Of a DNA stretch of 64,000 nt, positions 38,430 to 51,599 are shown in pieces. Both the position numbers and the translations under genes were made by a program. How positions within the stretch are numbered: the first letter of the stretch is position 1; each line of letters begins with the position of its first letter. The stretch covers positions 1,178,001 through 1,242,000 of the forward strand of contig OX597816.1 of NCBI GenBank assembly GCA_951406725.2, in the 5' to 3' direction. The notes under the pieces were generated by a model that ran no database searches, was not told where the DNA came from, and worked only from the letters and a program-made list of their open reading frames with translations. This DNA comes from Octopus vulgaris. Lineage: Eukaryota.

Positions 38430-39150
38430 TTCATGCAAAACCCTTCAAAGTGGGAGGTAGCAATCCGGCTATTGGTCAATGATAGACTGCTTTGATGATC
38501 GATGTTACTATCATCTCGGAGCTTTCTACTAACACATCCATGCATAGTATTCTGCTCATAAAGGCTCATCCTTTCATCTGGTGGTACGTTGCGGTAGAGT
38601 CGTGCGACTTCTCTGGGCATGTATTTAAGGTTATCAGACAAGGAATGTTGCTCAATGAGCTGCCTTCCAAGTCTTATGATGTTATCATCCTCATCTATGC
38701 AAACTTGGTCAAGGGATGCACTTCGACACTTGGTGGTTAAAAGATGTTGCCGAAAGGATGTGATACGACATTCAAAGGCATTTTGGATCGATGTTAAACC
38801 TCTGCCGCCTTATTTTCGTTTTAGGTTGAGGCAGTCCACGTTTCCTGTTCCAGGATGTGGAAATTATGAGTGCTTGTTAGTATTTTTCGGGTTTTCACAT
38901 CAATAGATCGGATCTCATTAAGCGTCCAATCTAGCAGCCCAAATGTTGGTATGACTACTGGCACTACAAACACATTATGTGCCACTGTTTTATTGAATGC
39001 AGAGAGTTCCGAGGTCCAAAATTTCTATCTTTGACTGTAATATTCTTTAGTGACACGTGTTTTGTTACAGGCGCCATTGTAAGATATATTTTCATCCACC
39101 CCTAGATGCCTGCAACATTCCTCATCAGATATAAGGGGAAAAGTCATTGA
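38430..39150 (-). mobile_element. R4/Dong-like RT C-terminal/thumb fragment
   Basis: Minus translation RHLGVDENISYNG...WTSELSAFNK...PTFGLLDWT...DVKTRKILT...GGRGLTSIQNAFECRI...TSHFEG; TSHFEG also in 59449..59721. Confidence 0.88.
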
Positions 39151-39194
39151 TGGAGATGTTTCAAGTCTGGTTTATAGTTTTCCGTCTTTTCACA

Positions 39195-39460
39195 TGTATG
39201 TATGTATGTATGTATGTATGTATGTATGTATGTATGTATGCATGTATGTATGTGCGTGCGTGCGTGCGTGTATGTATGTATGCATGTAGGTATGTATGTA
39301 TGTGCGTGTATGTATGTATGTATGAGTGCGTATATGTATATATGTGTGTGTGTATGTGCGTGTATGTATGTGTGGATGTTTGTATATATGAGCGTATCTG
39401 TATGTAAGTATACATGTAGCTATCTATATGTGTATTTATGCATGTATGAATGTATGTGTG
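39195..39460. repeat. (TATG)n/(TG)n degenerate microsatellite
   Basis: Directly visible. Confidence 0.9.
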
Positions 39461-40494
39461 CGCGAGGACTTGCAAAATTTCTGGTTTAGTACCCAGATGC
39501 GTATTTAGTCTACCAGGGTGGAGAGAACTCTAATCCGTGGTGAAAGCAAGTAACCCAGGAAATGGCGAACTCTAATAAGAAAAACCTGAAATGTGTTGTT
39601 CATTTGAGCTAATGGCAAACATTTGAACCAACTTTCTGCTATCAGCATTTTCTAAAAGTGTGGCTGTTACAAGTCACAAGTATTTTAATTTATTACTGCC
39701 TCAATTGCGTAAACCGGATTTTTATACAACCGGACCGCTATTCGCTGTAAATGTTTTATTTCATTTTTTCCTATATCGGAGACGATGAACTGTCATCCAG
39801 ACACGTGGCTGGTTGCGAACAGCCGCCATGGAAAAGCCCCCAAAAGCCGAAATTCATATCTAGCGAAGTTTCGTCTCCCTCAGATATTTATTGTTTTTAT
39901 TAACACAGTAAGTCCATAAGAGATGCTATCACTGGACAAATACTGCAGTAACTAGACTATCGATAGTTTGTATACATTAAGTATAATACACAGATGGTTA
40001 TTATAATTTAATATTGCTTTAATTTCGTGCTGAGAATTTTTATTCACAACATCACTTAAAGTGTTATTCACTCTTGTACAATCCGACTGGCAAATTGTAA
40101 ATTTTACTGATAACACCAAAGAAGTGCGCCAACTGCAATGTGTAACGGGTGAATCGGTTTTCACAACAGCGAGAATCGGCTTGGAAAAGTGTTTGTTCTA
40201 TAAAGTTTTAAAATTCCAATTAAGTTTCCTACTATTCTTTCTTAATGTATTGCACCTCAAACTCCATCCACTAGCTTATCCCCCACCCTTCTCATATCTA
40301 ATTATTCACAAGGGGAATGGAGTGAGCGATTCGTTTTATTACGTAAATTTACAATTGTTTCATCGACATTCGATTGCAAGATTATTGCTACATTACAATA
40401 TAATATATGCAAATATAAATTCCTGAATATCATTATACAGATACAATCGAACGTCAACTCTTCAGAGTTAAGGATAAAATCCATTATATATATA

Positions 40495-40638
40495 TACAAC
40501 AGGTTTCTCTCAGTCCGTCTACCAAATCCACTATCAAGGCTTTGGTCAAACGCTCGCACAAGGAAGGAGTCACGCAGTGGGACTTAACCCGGAACCATGT
40601 GGTTGCGAAGTAAACTTCTTACCACACAGCCACGCCTG
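40495..40638 (-). mobile_element. SINE family A, 5' part
   Basis: Aligns with 48130-48291. Confidence 0.8.
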
Positions 40639-40980
40639 GGGAAGGATTGTATACAGTTCCGGATCCAATCTCGCTGCGTGGCAAATTGAGCAAATATAAA
40701 ACCTCGAGTTGGCCTAAACAAACCTTTTCAGTCGAATTCGGTTGACGGAATTTGACAGACGCCTGTCCAGTGGATTCTACCCATAATTCAAAAGATATCA
40801 TTTTCTCATGCATTGGGTCACGCTGATTCCAGAGAATTGCGTCATCGGTACAGTTGACATTCCTCATCCAGCGATGGAATTATACCATATATATATATAA
40901 GTTTCATTTGAATTAGGTACTTAAACAGAAGCACCAAGCCAGTTAAATATAGTCTGTGCAGCTCGAAATTAGGTGAACAA

Positions 40981-41513
40981 AATGCAAATAAGTAACAAGG
41001 ATGTCCAGGTATCAATACATTACGCCTTTTCAAGCGGCTCCATTTAATCGTTCAATGAAAGCATTACATCAATTTGAAAGAAACCGTCCTCCTCTGACGC
41101 AGATGACCAGATAGATTTCCAACATAAAGGATAAACCATTTTTAGTACTTATAGTAAATTTATATCAGTATTAGAAACCAAAATAATTACATCGTTTCCT
41201 TGTATCATATTTGTAGCAGAATGAATTTAGCGAATAATGTATATGTATTTAAGCCTACTATATAATTTAGAGAGTAGCAGAGGAGTAAGATTAGGAGTGG
41301 CGAGATAGTTATTTATTTCTATTTTTATCTTAAAAGATTTTATGCAGCATATGGTCTACAGCCATTTAGAATTATCCTTTATGTTGGAGATCTATCTGGT
41401 CATCTGCGTTTGAGGAGAGCGGTTTCTTTCAAATTGATGTAATGCTTTCATTGGTCGATTAAATGGAGCCGTAATGCATTGCCGCCTGGACATCCTTGTT
41501 ACTTATTTGCATT
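40981..41513. mobile_element. Fold-back element (arms 40981-41134 / 41372-41513) with long-stem-II hammerhead-like relic
   Basis: About 150-bp inverted arms ending at a TA/CATA tract; right arm lacks ~12 nt present in the left arm. Confidence 0.85.
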
Positions 41514-41602
41514 ATAAATATATATATATACACTCATACATACATACATACATACATATATATATATATACATATTTACATACGTATTTATATGTACACA
41601 CA

Positions 41603-41656
<54 letters not shown>

Positions 41657-42070
41657 TTCATTTTTATGCATTTTCCTATTTTTTGGCTATAACTCTAAAA
41701 TCTTATATAGTTATTCAAACCGAGAAGCGGATATATATATATATATATATACATATATATCTCTCATGATCACATGGATGTTGTTATACATTGCTAGTCA
41801 CAATGCGCTTTGTATTGTTTTAGCTTTTCAAATGATGCCACTCCGCTGGCTAGGCAAGCAGGCCGACATTTTCCCCTGATCAGAAGGCCAGTTCATCACA
41901 GGGGGACCAATTTACAGCTAAGAGAACTGCGGCGACAAGAAAGTGTTTTGCTCAGGAAATCGAAATCATGATCTGGCGACCGTGAGCGCAACACCATAAC
42001 CACTAGGCCACGCGCCTTCACACACACACACACACACACACACACATTTATAAATATATATATATCCATC

Positions 42071-42118
<48 letters not shown>

Positions 42119-42208
42119 CGCACACACATACATACATGGGCGTAGTTATTTTAAGCTTTTTTGATGTTATCGTTGCCGTATTTTTTATTGAATTAACAAT
42201 AACCCCCC

Positions 42209-42252
<44 letters not shown>

Positions 42253-43192
42253 CCCTCTCTCCCTCTCTTTCTCTGCATGCTCACAATTTTACATCGTTCA
42301 CATATAAAGCACATGTAAATGTTGAAATGCTGCTTTTGTGCGGATGTTGTAATAATACTTCAGGAGTTATTTAATATTGTTTCCGCTGTCGCCTTTCGTT
42401 ATCTTCGCAACGCGATGAAATTTGCTCTTTAATGTTATACTTAACCAGTTGGAACACTTCAAAGGAAATATCTTTTTGTTGTTGAATTCAAAACAATTTA
42501 ATAAAACGAGAAACCACTCTCATGAGGGATAAATGACATGAATTTATCCTGAAATTCCATGTATAGTACGCACTTTATTTTCTCTAAAACCATGATTAAA
42601 ATTATGTGTGCGATTCAGATTTCAGAATGGTTGTATATTAACATCTTTAAAATAAGAATGATGATAAAATAATGAAATGAATGTTGGTGGTTACCACGTA
42701 AACAAGAAGATTAATGGGAAATTGCGAAATGATGAGAGAGACGTCGCTGTATTTGATTCAACTCCTGCATATTTATAAAAGATTGTAGTAGACACGACGG
42801 TCCTATGAGGAACGTCAGAAAGTTTTATACATGCAGCGGCTTGGTTGGACAAGCTCTGTAGCTATGTGTAAAGGAGAGTGATATATATAAAGAGTGGGGA
42901 GAGAGTGTGAATCAATGAATGCGAATGTTTTCGACTAGTTTGTTATTTTGAAGTTAGTAACAGTTTGATTCTCGAACAACTAATACTGAACACCACCTAA
43001 CTTAACGCATGACTGCGTCCGTCCTGTTCTCCTGTGATTCTATCCCAGACCTGGTCTATTCTTAGAACGGTTTATTTTTGAAAAACATTTTCACAAATCT
43101 AACTGGGCAGATCTTTGGCGACCATAAGTGCAGGAAAGAAATTCGCTAAGGGAGTACAAAGCAAGATCCAAAATCTTTTTACAAACAAGGTC

Positions 43193-43789
43193 GGATCTTT
43201 ACCTTTTGACCTACAGATTTAAAAAAATAATTTTTGTAACTAAACACTTTCAAACTTCGGACACTGGTAGAATGTGTCATATAAAACATCTTTTACTCAT
43301 AGCATTTTTGAGAAAAACTTATATTTAAGAAGTTATTTCACGTTAAAGTTGTCCTATTTCGGTAATGTCAACCAATCAATGATGTGTATTCAGCTGAATA
43401 AAATTACTGCTGTTGTTTGTCAACAAGAAGTTCCAGCGCTGTATATTTCGTTTGTCACTGTTATTTATGACAACCCTAAAACCTTAAAACCAGTACAAAC
43501 GCATGAACGATGTCATAAATAACAGTGATAAACGAAAAATACACCACCGATAGTTGTTGTTGACAAACAACGGCAGTAATTTTATTCAGCTAAATACACG
43601 TCATTAATTGGTTGAAATTACCGAAATACGACAACTTTAATGTGAAATAACTTCGTAAATATAAGTTTTCCTCAAAAATGCTAAGAGTAAAAGATGTTTA
43701 ATGTGACACATTCTACCCGTGTCCGAAGTTTGAAAGTGTTTAGCTACAAAAATTATTTTTTAAATCTGTAGGTCAAAAGGTAAAGATCC
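43193..43789. mobile_element. Foldback/MITE DNA element with ~280-bp TIRs
   Basis: GGATC...GATCC ends; perfect 8-bp TSD ACAAGGTC (43185-43192, 43790-43797); short spacer containing aaccctaaaaccttaaaacc. Confidence 0.95.
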
Positions 43790-44689
43790 ACAAGGTCGAT
43801 TTTTTAAAAAATCTTAATATCCAAGCAAACACAGGCATAATAATAATTTTTACTATTATATTTTTACATCAATATAAATCCAATAATGGAAAAGTAATGC
43901 TTGATATAAATCCATAAAAGCTCCAACGCTCGTTCGTTTTGGCGATAAAGTTTTTGAGGAGGATGTTCAAAGCGTTTTCATTGCCCCACATCTTCCCACA
44001 CCCACTAAAAAAAAAATAGTGGGTGCGAGTACACTCCGTTCCCGAACCTATGGGTGACGCCATCATTCAACAGTCCCGCAATTATTTATATAAAAATTCT
44101 TGATCGAAAAAACAAGTCCCCGGTTGGAATGAAAATGTGAACCTGCAATTCGTTTATAAAACGGAACAGTTTGGGCATAAAGCTTAGGTATAAACATGTT
44201 AGCCATTTACATTTTGGGACAATTTAGGCTCCAAAATCGGACTGTCTCTTATACGTAGCAGTGTATTGTACACGGATTAAGGTAGATCGAAAAATATTAA
44301 TAAAAAGTGAAATAGAACCTGTGCGTTTGTTTCTTATTGGCATAGTGACCCTCCCAAATACAACACCTGTGAAGAGTTGACACGATTTGTGGTTGTATCA
44401 GCAAATCTTTCATATCTTAGTATGAATCGGTGAGACAATAACAGAACTAAAATATAACTTATCTGGAAAACATTGTTTGATATTCTCCCCTCACCATTAT
44501 ACAAACAATACAACCACTACCACAAAGAGTAGCACTACCTACCAACCATCACCACCGCCGCCACCACCGAAAAGCACAACCATCGCCAAAACCACCAACT
44601 CGGCTCTCGTCTGATTTATTAAGAGCTGTCTACCTTATATCTACTTCAGTTTGGAAGGAAAACAGAAAGAATGGCCGCGACGACGACGC

Positions 44690-44695
44690 TGTCGT

Positions 44696-44739
<44 letters not shown>

Positions 44740-44775
44740 AGGAGGAGGAGGAGGAGGAGGAGGTAGAAGGGCAGG

Positions 44776-44807
<32 letters not shown>

Positions 44808-44945
44808 GATGATGGTGAGGAGGAGGAAGGGTGATGATGATGATGATGGTAGTGGTGGTGATGGTGATAATGGGAGTGATTATTTAAATGGTGATGATGG
44901 TGCTGCTGCTGCTGCTGGTGGTAGTAATGATGATGATGATGATGA
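44690..44945. repeat. Mosaic trinucleotide tract (GCT/GAT/GAG/GGT)
   Basis: Directly visible; source of the His/Ser/Ala-rich ORF 44630..44977. Confidence 0.9.
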
Positions 44946-45123
44946 ACTGAAATGAAAGCAAGGGGAACAACAAACATTTTTTTTTACATTTCTCTTGATT
45001 TTTGTACTTTTTCCACTCATTTTCTTTCTTTTCTTTTCGTTTCAATCTTTTTCTTCTCTCTGACAAAACAAATTTCCGTGACATCTACATATTATCTGCA
45101 AGATCTGAAGAGAAAGTTCTTAC

Positions 45124-45165
<42 letters not shown>

Positions 45166-45620
45166 CCCCTCTTCTCCTCACACCACCACCACCACTACTC
45201 CTTATATCAGCAGCATCATTAGCAGCATCAGCAGCAACAACATGGTGGAAGTGTTCTATTTTAGAACAACAATAAAACTGCAATTCGTTCCGTTTGTCTC
45301 TTTGTTAATTTGTTTATTTCTTTTGTTCCTTCAAGTTTTTCTCTTGCGGAGTGGGGTGGGGCGTTCGGCCCAAGAAGATTAGTTTGAGCAACCAGTTGTG
45401 CTTTGCCACCATCTTCATCGTCGTCATTCTTCTTCTTCTTCTCCTTCTCTTCATCCTTTTCTTTCTTCTCCCTTCCTTCTTCTTCTTCTTCTCCTCCTCC
45501 TCCTGCCCCATTCTCCACCCTTACCGCATCTACAATATGAATCAGCCAGACGTCTTTTTCTATAGACGTGCACTCATTCAGGTTACGATCGTTCGCATTA
45601 GTGCGTTTGTCTTAGCACTG

Positions 45621-45683
<63 letters not shown>

Positions 45684-46180
45684 GTTGGTCTTATTTGTTT
45701 ATTGCTTTTGTTGTTTTTTTTAACTTTATCACTGAGAAAAGTCAAGGCTGTCAGTGGAACGAACATTAATCAGAAACAGATTTTGCTTATGAGAATTATT
45801 CACTCTGAAACTGTATATCTACTTAAGTATCAAAGAACGTAGCGAAAGAAACTGCTGCTCGACTCACAGATATACGCGGCGGCGCACCCTTACATGCACA
45901 GACACATTCACTTACAGACATGATTCGTGCAGACGGTCAGCCAGACATACAGGGCCTAAACAAAGATTTTATATATTCTTTTCTGTTTCAGCTCTGAAGC
46001 TGTGGTCATGCTGGGGCACCGCCATTGAAACAGCTATTTTCCAAGCGGGTAAACGAACCCAGACCGCCGCGATGAGAGCGTGGAATCCTAACCACTATAT
46101 ATATAAGTTAAAACACGCACGCACACACACACACACACACACATATATATACGCACACATATATATATAAAAGTTTATCT

Positions 46181-46706
46181 TCACCAAACGGAGTCATCCT
46201 AGAACAGACTAATATGCCAAGCATGCATGCCCTCCTCGTGCGGAGACGACTGCGCTGGCTCGGACACGTCTGCCGCATGCAGGACGGTCGCATGCCTAAA
46301 GACATCCTGTACAGCGAACTCACCACGGGATCCCGACCCAAGGGACGTCCACAGCTACGATACAGGGATGTGTGCAAGCGCGACCTGAGGACTGCCAACA
46401 TCTGTGTGGACACGTGGGAGGTAACAGCTGCTGACCGCTCTGCCTGGCGTCGGACAGTGAGGAAAGGCGTTTCCATGGCTGAGGAAAAGAGAGCACAGCT
46501 GTGGTCGGACAGGCGGGACAGGAGGAGGACAACTGCAGCAACACCCCACACGTACCCATCGATGTTCGTGTGCAGCAACTGTACCAGGGACTGCCACTCT
46601 AGAATTGGACTGTTCAGTCACAGCAGACGCTGCTCATCATCAAAGTAGGCTCCACCCTTGGCGCGACCCATTGTCTATCAAGACAGACGGGGGAGAAGAA
46701 GAAGAA
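46181..46706 (+). mobile_element. RTE (BovB-like) LINE, 5'-truncated, intact 3' ORF end
   Basis: ORF 46214..46648: RRRLRWLGHVCRMQDGRMPKDILYSEL...GRPQLRYRDVCKRDL...CSNCTRDCHSRIGLFSHSRRC; short 3' UTR with (GAA)n tail then (TA)n. Confidence 0.93.
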
Positions 46707-46781
46707 TATATATATATATAGGTGATAGATCGCTAGCCACTACACATTCTTTATTTTCTCTCCTTGTTTCTTTCTGTGTTC

Positions 46782-46817
46782 CTTTCTGTGGAAGAGCGTA
46801 GGCTCGAAACGTTAAAG
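46782..46817 (+). ncRNA. Minimal hammerhead-like motif (A6U core variant) in a PLE pseudo-LTR-like remnant (~46721-46915)
   Basis: CUUU-CUGUGGA-A-GAGC(GUAG)GCUC-GAA-ACGU-U-AAAG: 4-bp stem I, 4-bp stem II, palindromic ACGU stem III. Confidence 0.6.
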
Positions 46818-47883
46818 ACTTTTTCACTTCTCGAGCGTTATACTAATACATCTGTTTGTTGTCTACACCACCTGTCTTCGTCTTTTGTTTGTTTGTTTGT
46901 TTTTTGTGAATTCACCGACCCATTCTGATGGTACCCCAAGCCGTCACTCGCAAGCGACTATGACCTAGCATATGTACTACGTTTTTATCGTAAATTATTT
47001 TTTGTTCCTTTCTTGTATGTGTTTATTTACGCGGGAACAGACACATACATCCCCTCAGCCCTTCCACCCCTTGATCCACAGAACAGCTGAAAGGTAGGAG
47101 AGTTGCACTGTTACTGTACCCCTACTCATTTTTAACAGAGGAGACTGGAGCAATGTAAAATGATGTGCCTTGCCCAAAAACGACATGCGCCGCGGACTCC
47201 AAGAATTGAACGGGTGACCTTACGATTGCAAGCCAAACACTTTAAGCACGAGCCACGCCACATCCAAAAAATATAGATTGAGGGAGAGAGAAAAGACAGA
47301 TTGTTTGCAGGTAGAATTAAGAAAATAGACAGGCATATAGACACACAAAGAGAAAAACTGACAAACACACGCACACGCACATTTAATAATAAACGATATA
47401 ACTGTTGGTGGATTCGTTGGTTGAATTCTCCACTCGCGATTCTCATCCGTTAGTGAGGAGAGACGACAAAACGGAGATGGAGAGTTAACATAAGAGTAAA
47501 GGATTGATGCTAATACTTGGTTTGGTGGCAGACAATGAGTAAATAATGCTACACACACAGGGAGAGAGGAAATATCACTGAGACTGAGGAGTGAGAGAAA
47601 ATATAGAGAATATTTAGAAAGAGAAAGGAATTGGGGTCGAAAGCGCAACAATTCAAACCGGTAGAGTAAAGCGTAAAGAATATTGTTGAAACAACAGTTT
47701 AAAAAAAAAGAAGAGAATAAAAGGGAGACGAGAGAAAGAGAGTAAATGGAGGAGGGAGAGAGAGAGGAGAAGGAGCGAGTGAGATATGTAGAGGGAAAGG
47801 GAAATGATAGGCAGAGAACTGGAGGAGGGAGGGAGGGAGGGAGCCAATTATAAACGTATTATGAAAGAAATTGAAGCATGTTA

Positions 47884-48291
47884 TACTCTCTCTCTTTTAC
47901 TCTTTTACTTGTTTCAGTCATTCGACTGCGGCCATGCTGGAGCACCGACTTTAGTCGAGCAAATCGACCCCGGGACTTATTCTTTGTAAGCCCAGTACTT
48001 ATTCTATCGGTCTCTTTGCCGAACTGCTAAGTGACGGGGACGTAAACACACCAGCATCGGTTGTCAAGCAATGCTAAGGGGACAAACACAGACACACAAA
48101 CACACACATACATATATATACATATATACGACGGGCTTCTTTCAGTTTCTGTCTACCAAATTCACTCACAAGGCATTGGTCGGCCCGGGGCTATAGTAGA
48201 AGACACTTGCCCAAGATGCCACGCAGTGGGACTGAACCCGGAACCATGTGGTTGGTTAGCAAACTACTTACCACACAGCCACTCCTGCGCC
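47884..48291 (-). mobile_element. Full-length tRNA-derived SINE (family A)
   Basis: Minus strand ggcgcaggagtggctgtgtggtaag...ggttcagtcccactg, internal (TA)(TG) tract, (TAAAAGAG)n tail; near-identical to 54064-54478. Confidence 0.93.
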
Positions 48292-48564
48292 TTTTCATAT
48301 TTGAAAAGTTATTTAAAAAACAATAAAAATAATACAATGCCGACCAGAATGGTCAATTGAAAAGGCAATTATAGTAGTTCGATGTGTAAAACAATGTTTT
48401 AAATCGATTTCTATAAAAACAAAGTCTGTGGAGACGAAGAAGCTTGAAGAAAAATATGTTCATTTCAAACGTAAACCTAGAAACATGTCCGTATTCGGTA
48501 AAAGGAGAATGAATACAGATACACTCTGGAAGGGGGAGGGGCGTGTGTATAATTATAGATACAT

Positions 48565-48621
<57 letters not shown>

Positions 48622-49299
48622 GCACACACATTAATTTTAGGGTAATAAATATTTTTCTTTTGAAAATTAGTATACATTTTACTATTTTGTAATTAAAAAA
48701 AACGAAGAAATTTGCTAAAAGTTAAATTATTACTAATTTATATACACAGGCCATATTTCCTGTTATTACCCGTGGTGGCAAAGGTAGACTTCCAAAATTG
48801 TTTCCTTTTAAGAATAGAGCCCAAAAATGAATAAAGAACACACTCCTCGACATTGAGTTTGGGAGAAAGAATTTACGTAATATATTGCGAGGTGCAGGAA
48901 AAGAATGAAACTCTAAACAATGACCAGATATTCATTCTTAATATGTTCAGATAGAATCGAACATGAATATGCTAATCACTGTTGTATTTGGTGACAGAGA
49001 ATTAGCATATTCATGTTTGAATCTGCTGGAATGCAAGTCAATGCTTTAATTTTTGTTGTTCTTCGAGCACGTGATTGTTTACTGATTTCTATAAAAAGCC
49101 AAAATTCATTGAACCGAGGTAGCTTTGACAACGAGATTGAAACCAAGTGGTGTCACAAAGTTCTTTTACATCAATGAATCGAATGTGTTGTTGTCAACAG
49201 ATATTGTCGAAAAGAAGAAGTTGTTCTTTGGAGATGAAATACATCAGCGACAATACATTCATTTTCCAACTTGCTAGAATATAAGAATGAATATGTACG

Positions 49300-49700
49300 C
49301 CATTGAATACGCCACCAAGTTGCTTTGCTATTCACAGAATCAAAAACATTAGTGAAGTCGATGAATGCTGTATTGGAATTGCTCGTAACATTCTTCTTCA
49401 AATTCTTCTGTACAGGTATCATGTTAGTAGTTCAGTGTCTAATACAGAATTGATAGTCTCCAAGATTAAGTAGAGTTGACAAACGTCAGATAATCATGTT
49501 GGAAATGGCAGTCCAATTTTTTTTAATGTTACATTGACAAAAAATGCTTTGCTGCCATTGGTTGTCGCAATGCCTATAAAATAAAGGTAACATCCTTGAA
49601 ATATCGAGGTACAATGTCGAGTTTTCAAGAGGTTGGAAATAGCTTCTTGCTGTACCCCTGGGTATTTTGCCTGAAGATATCTACTGAATGATGTAAATAT
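49300..49700 (-). mobile_element. Old RTE-like RT fragment
   Basis: AFIDFTNVFDSVNSKATW resembles the RT motif AFIDLxKAFDSV. Confidence 0.6.
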
Positions 49701-50110
49701 CTTACATAACATCCGGTTTCAATGCCATATCATGGAGTATTGGCTTGGAGGGAGAAAATGAAGCATACTATACTCTCCAGTTGAGGCATATTTTAGTAGT
49801 TGGAACGTATACTCACACGCGTGCGCGCGTGAAAGAACTGCTACTTCAAATAAGATGGCGTAGCGATCAACCGATTCTTAGAACTCTGTGTAAATTTATG
49901 CATATTCAAATTTCTTTCAAGTATTCAACAATTTCTCCACTGACTTTCTTTTGATATGTATTTAAATAACATTTACAGTGCATACATGAGAGTTGAATAA
50001 AGCAGGAAAATTAAATTTTATATAGCACCATAAATTAAGATGCTATAATAAAAAGATAAATTAATTCTCATGCTTTATTCTGCTCAAGTGTGTACACACA
50101 CACACACACA

Positions 50111-50166
<56 letters not shown>

Positions 50167-50578
50167 GTACAGTCACATCTAACGTTTCGTGTACATTAAA
50201 ACATAGAAAATCAAATACGTTACACAAGTTGTCTCGAAGAGAAGAATTTCTTCTTACAGAGAATATGGGTGGGTATTCTTGAATGTCTTCTCTTGGGACA
50301 AACTGTGCAGCGTTTGTTTCTCTGTGTCCGAACGTACGAGAACACGTTAAATATGGCTGTACATGTCATTCGATACTGCTCAACGCACCTCCATCAATAC
50401 ACACGCGCGCGCATGCGCATATATTATTTACGGGTTAACAAAGTAACTAATGGTTTCATGTGAAGAGATTTTCACAATTGCTCAAGCGCGCTACATGGAA
50501 GTGTTGGGACTCGTCTCCATTTTGTATGGGAATCTTCCTCTCCACATGTAGGTGTGCGCGCATGCGTGTGTTTATGTG

Positions 50579-50623
<45 letters not shown>

Positions 50624-50728
50624 AAAAAAAGAGGGTGAAAAAAATTGGATATTAATTTAATAACATCAATTTAAATACCAGTGGCCTAGCGTATAAAAGA
50701 CTGAGATTCAGTAAATATACAAATATAT

Positions 50729-50805
<77 letters not shown>

Positions 50806-50978
50806 TGCACATATATATACACACACATAAGTTAGGGTAAATCCCACCTGTTTCTTCTTGAAGTACATCTACTTATTCTAATATTACAATCAATATGAAT
50901 CCATAGTTAGTGCTGTATATGAATCGAAATATATATTAAAGTTGAGAATTATGGAAAAACTATTTGCAGAGTTAATGT

Positions 50979-51210
50979 AAAATAGGAAAATGGGAATCTT
51001 TTGATATTATTTATTCTCCATTACACGTGTTTCATTTACTAATAGGAATCAAAAAGATTTACAGGTTAGACATGTAAACAACTTCAGAGTTTCTAATAGG
51101 AAATTCTTTATATGTCTATCTAACATGTAAATTTTAATGATTCCTATTAGCAAATGAAATACGTCTAAAGGAGAATAAATGATACCAAAATATTTCCATT
51201 TTCCTATTTT
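50979..51210. mobile_element. Fold-back element (arms ~50979-51069 / 51119-51210) near TA/CA tracts
   Basis: About 90-bp diverged inverted arms; minus strand of left arm has GAAACACGUGUA. Confidence 0.75.
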
Positions 51211-51599
51211 ATCACACACACACGCACACACGTATGTATGCATTGTTCCCTTTTTTTTCTTTTTTTTTTTTTTGGTTGGTTTCTAACAAAAAAGCAATGT
51301 TCCATCGCTGGAATTTTGATAACAATTGCTCCCCTTACAGACTGTATCCGTCAAATGTGTGTTGTTAGGCGTTCTTTTTCTTTGTCTGGAAATCCTCGCT
51401 TTTCGAGATTGTCATTTTATACATTTCCTTACATAACTTAATACACCAGTAATTATTGATATAAATGTAATTTATCGTCAGCTGGAGGTTTTGAATAAGT
51501 GTCCATAAATATTCTTATTCACGCAGCTTTGGTAAATATGTTCTCATCCGGAGAGTAACTGACCTCTATAACTATACATGACTTTTATTTATTGTTTTT

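Noticed and set aside
44630-45600. Possible long minus-strand 5' UTR exon or His/Ser-rich CDS
   Set aside because: Only low-complexity trinucleotide tracts and a weak donor; cannot be supported without RNA data.
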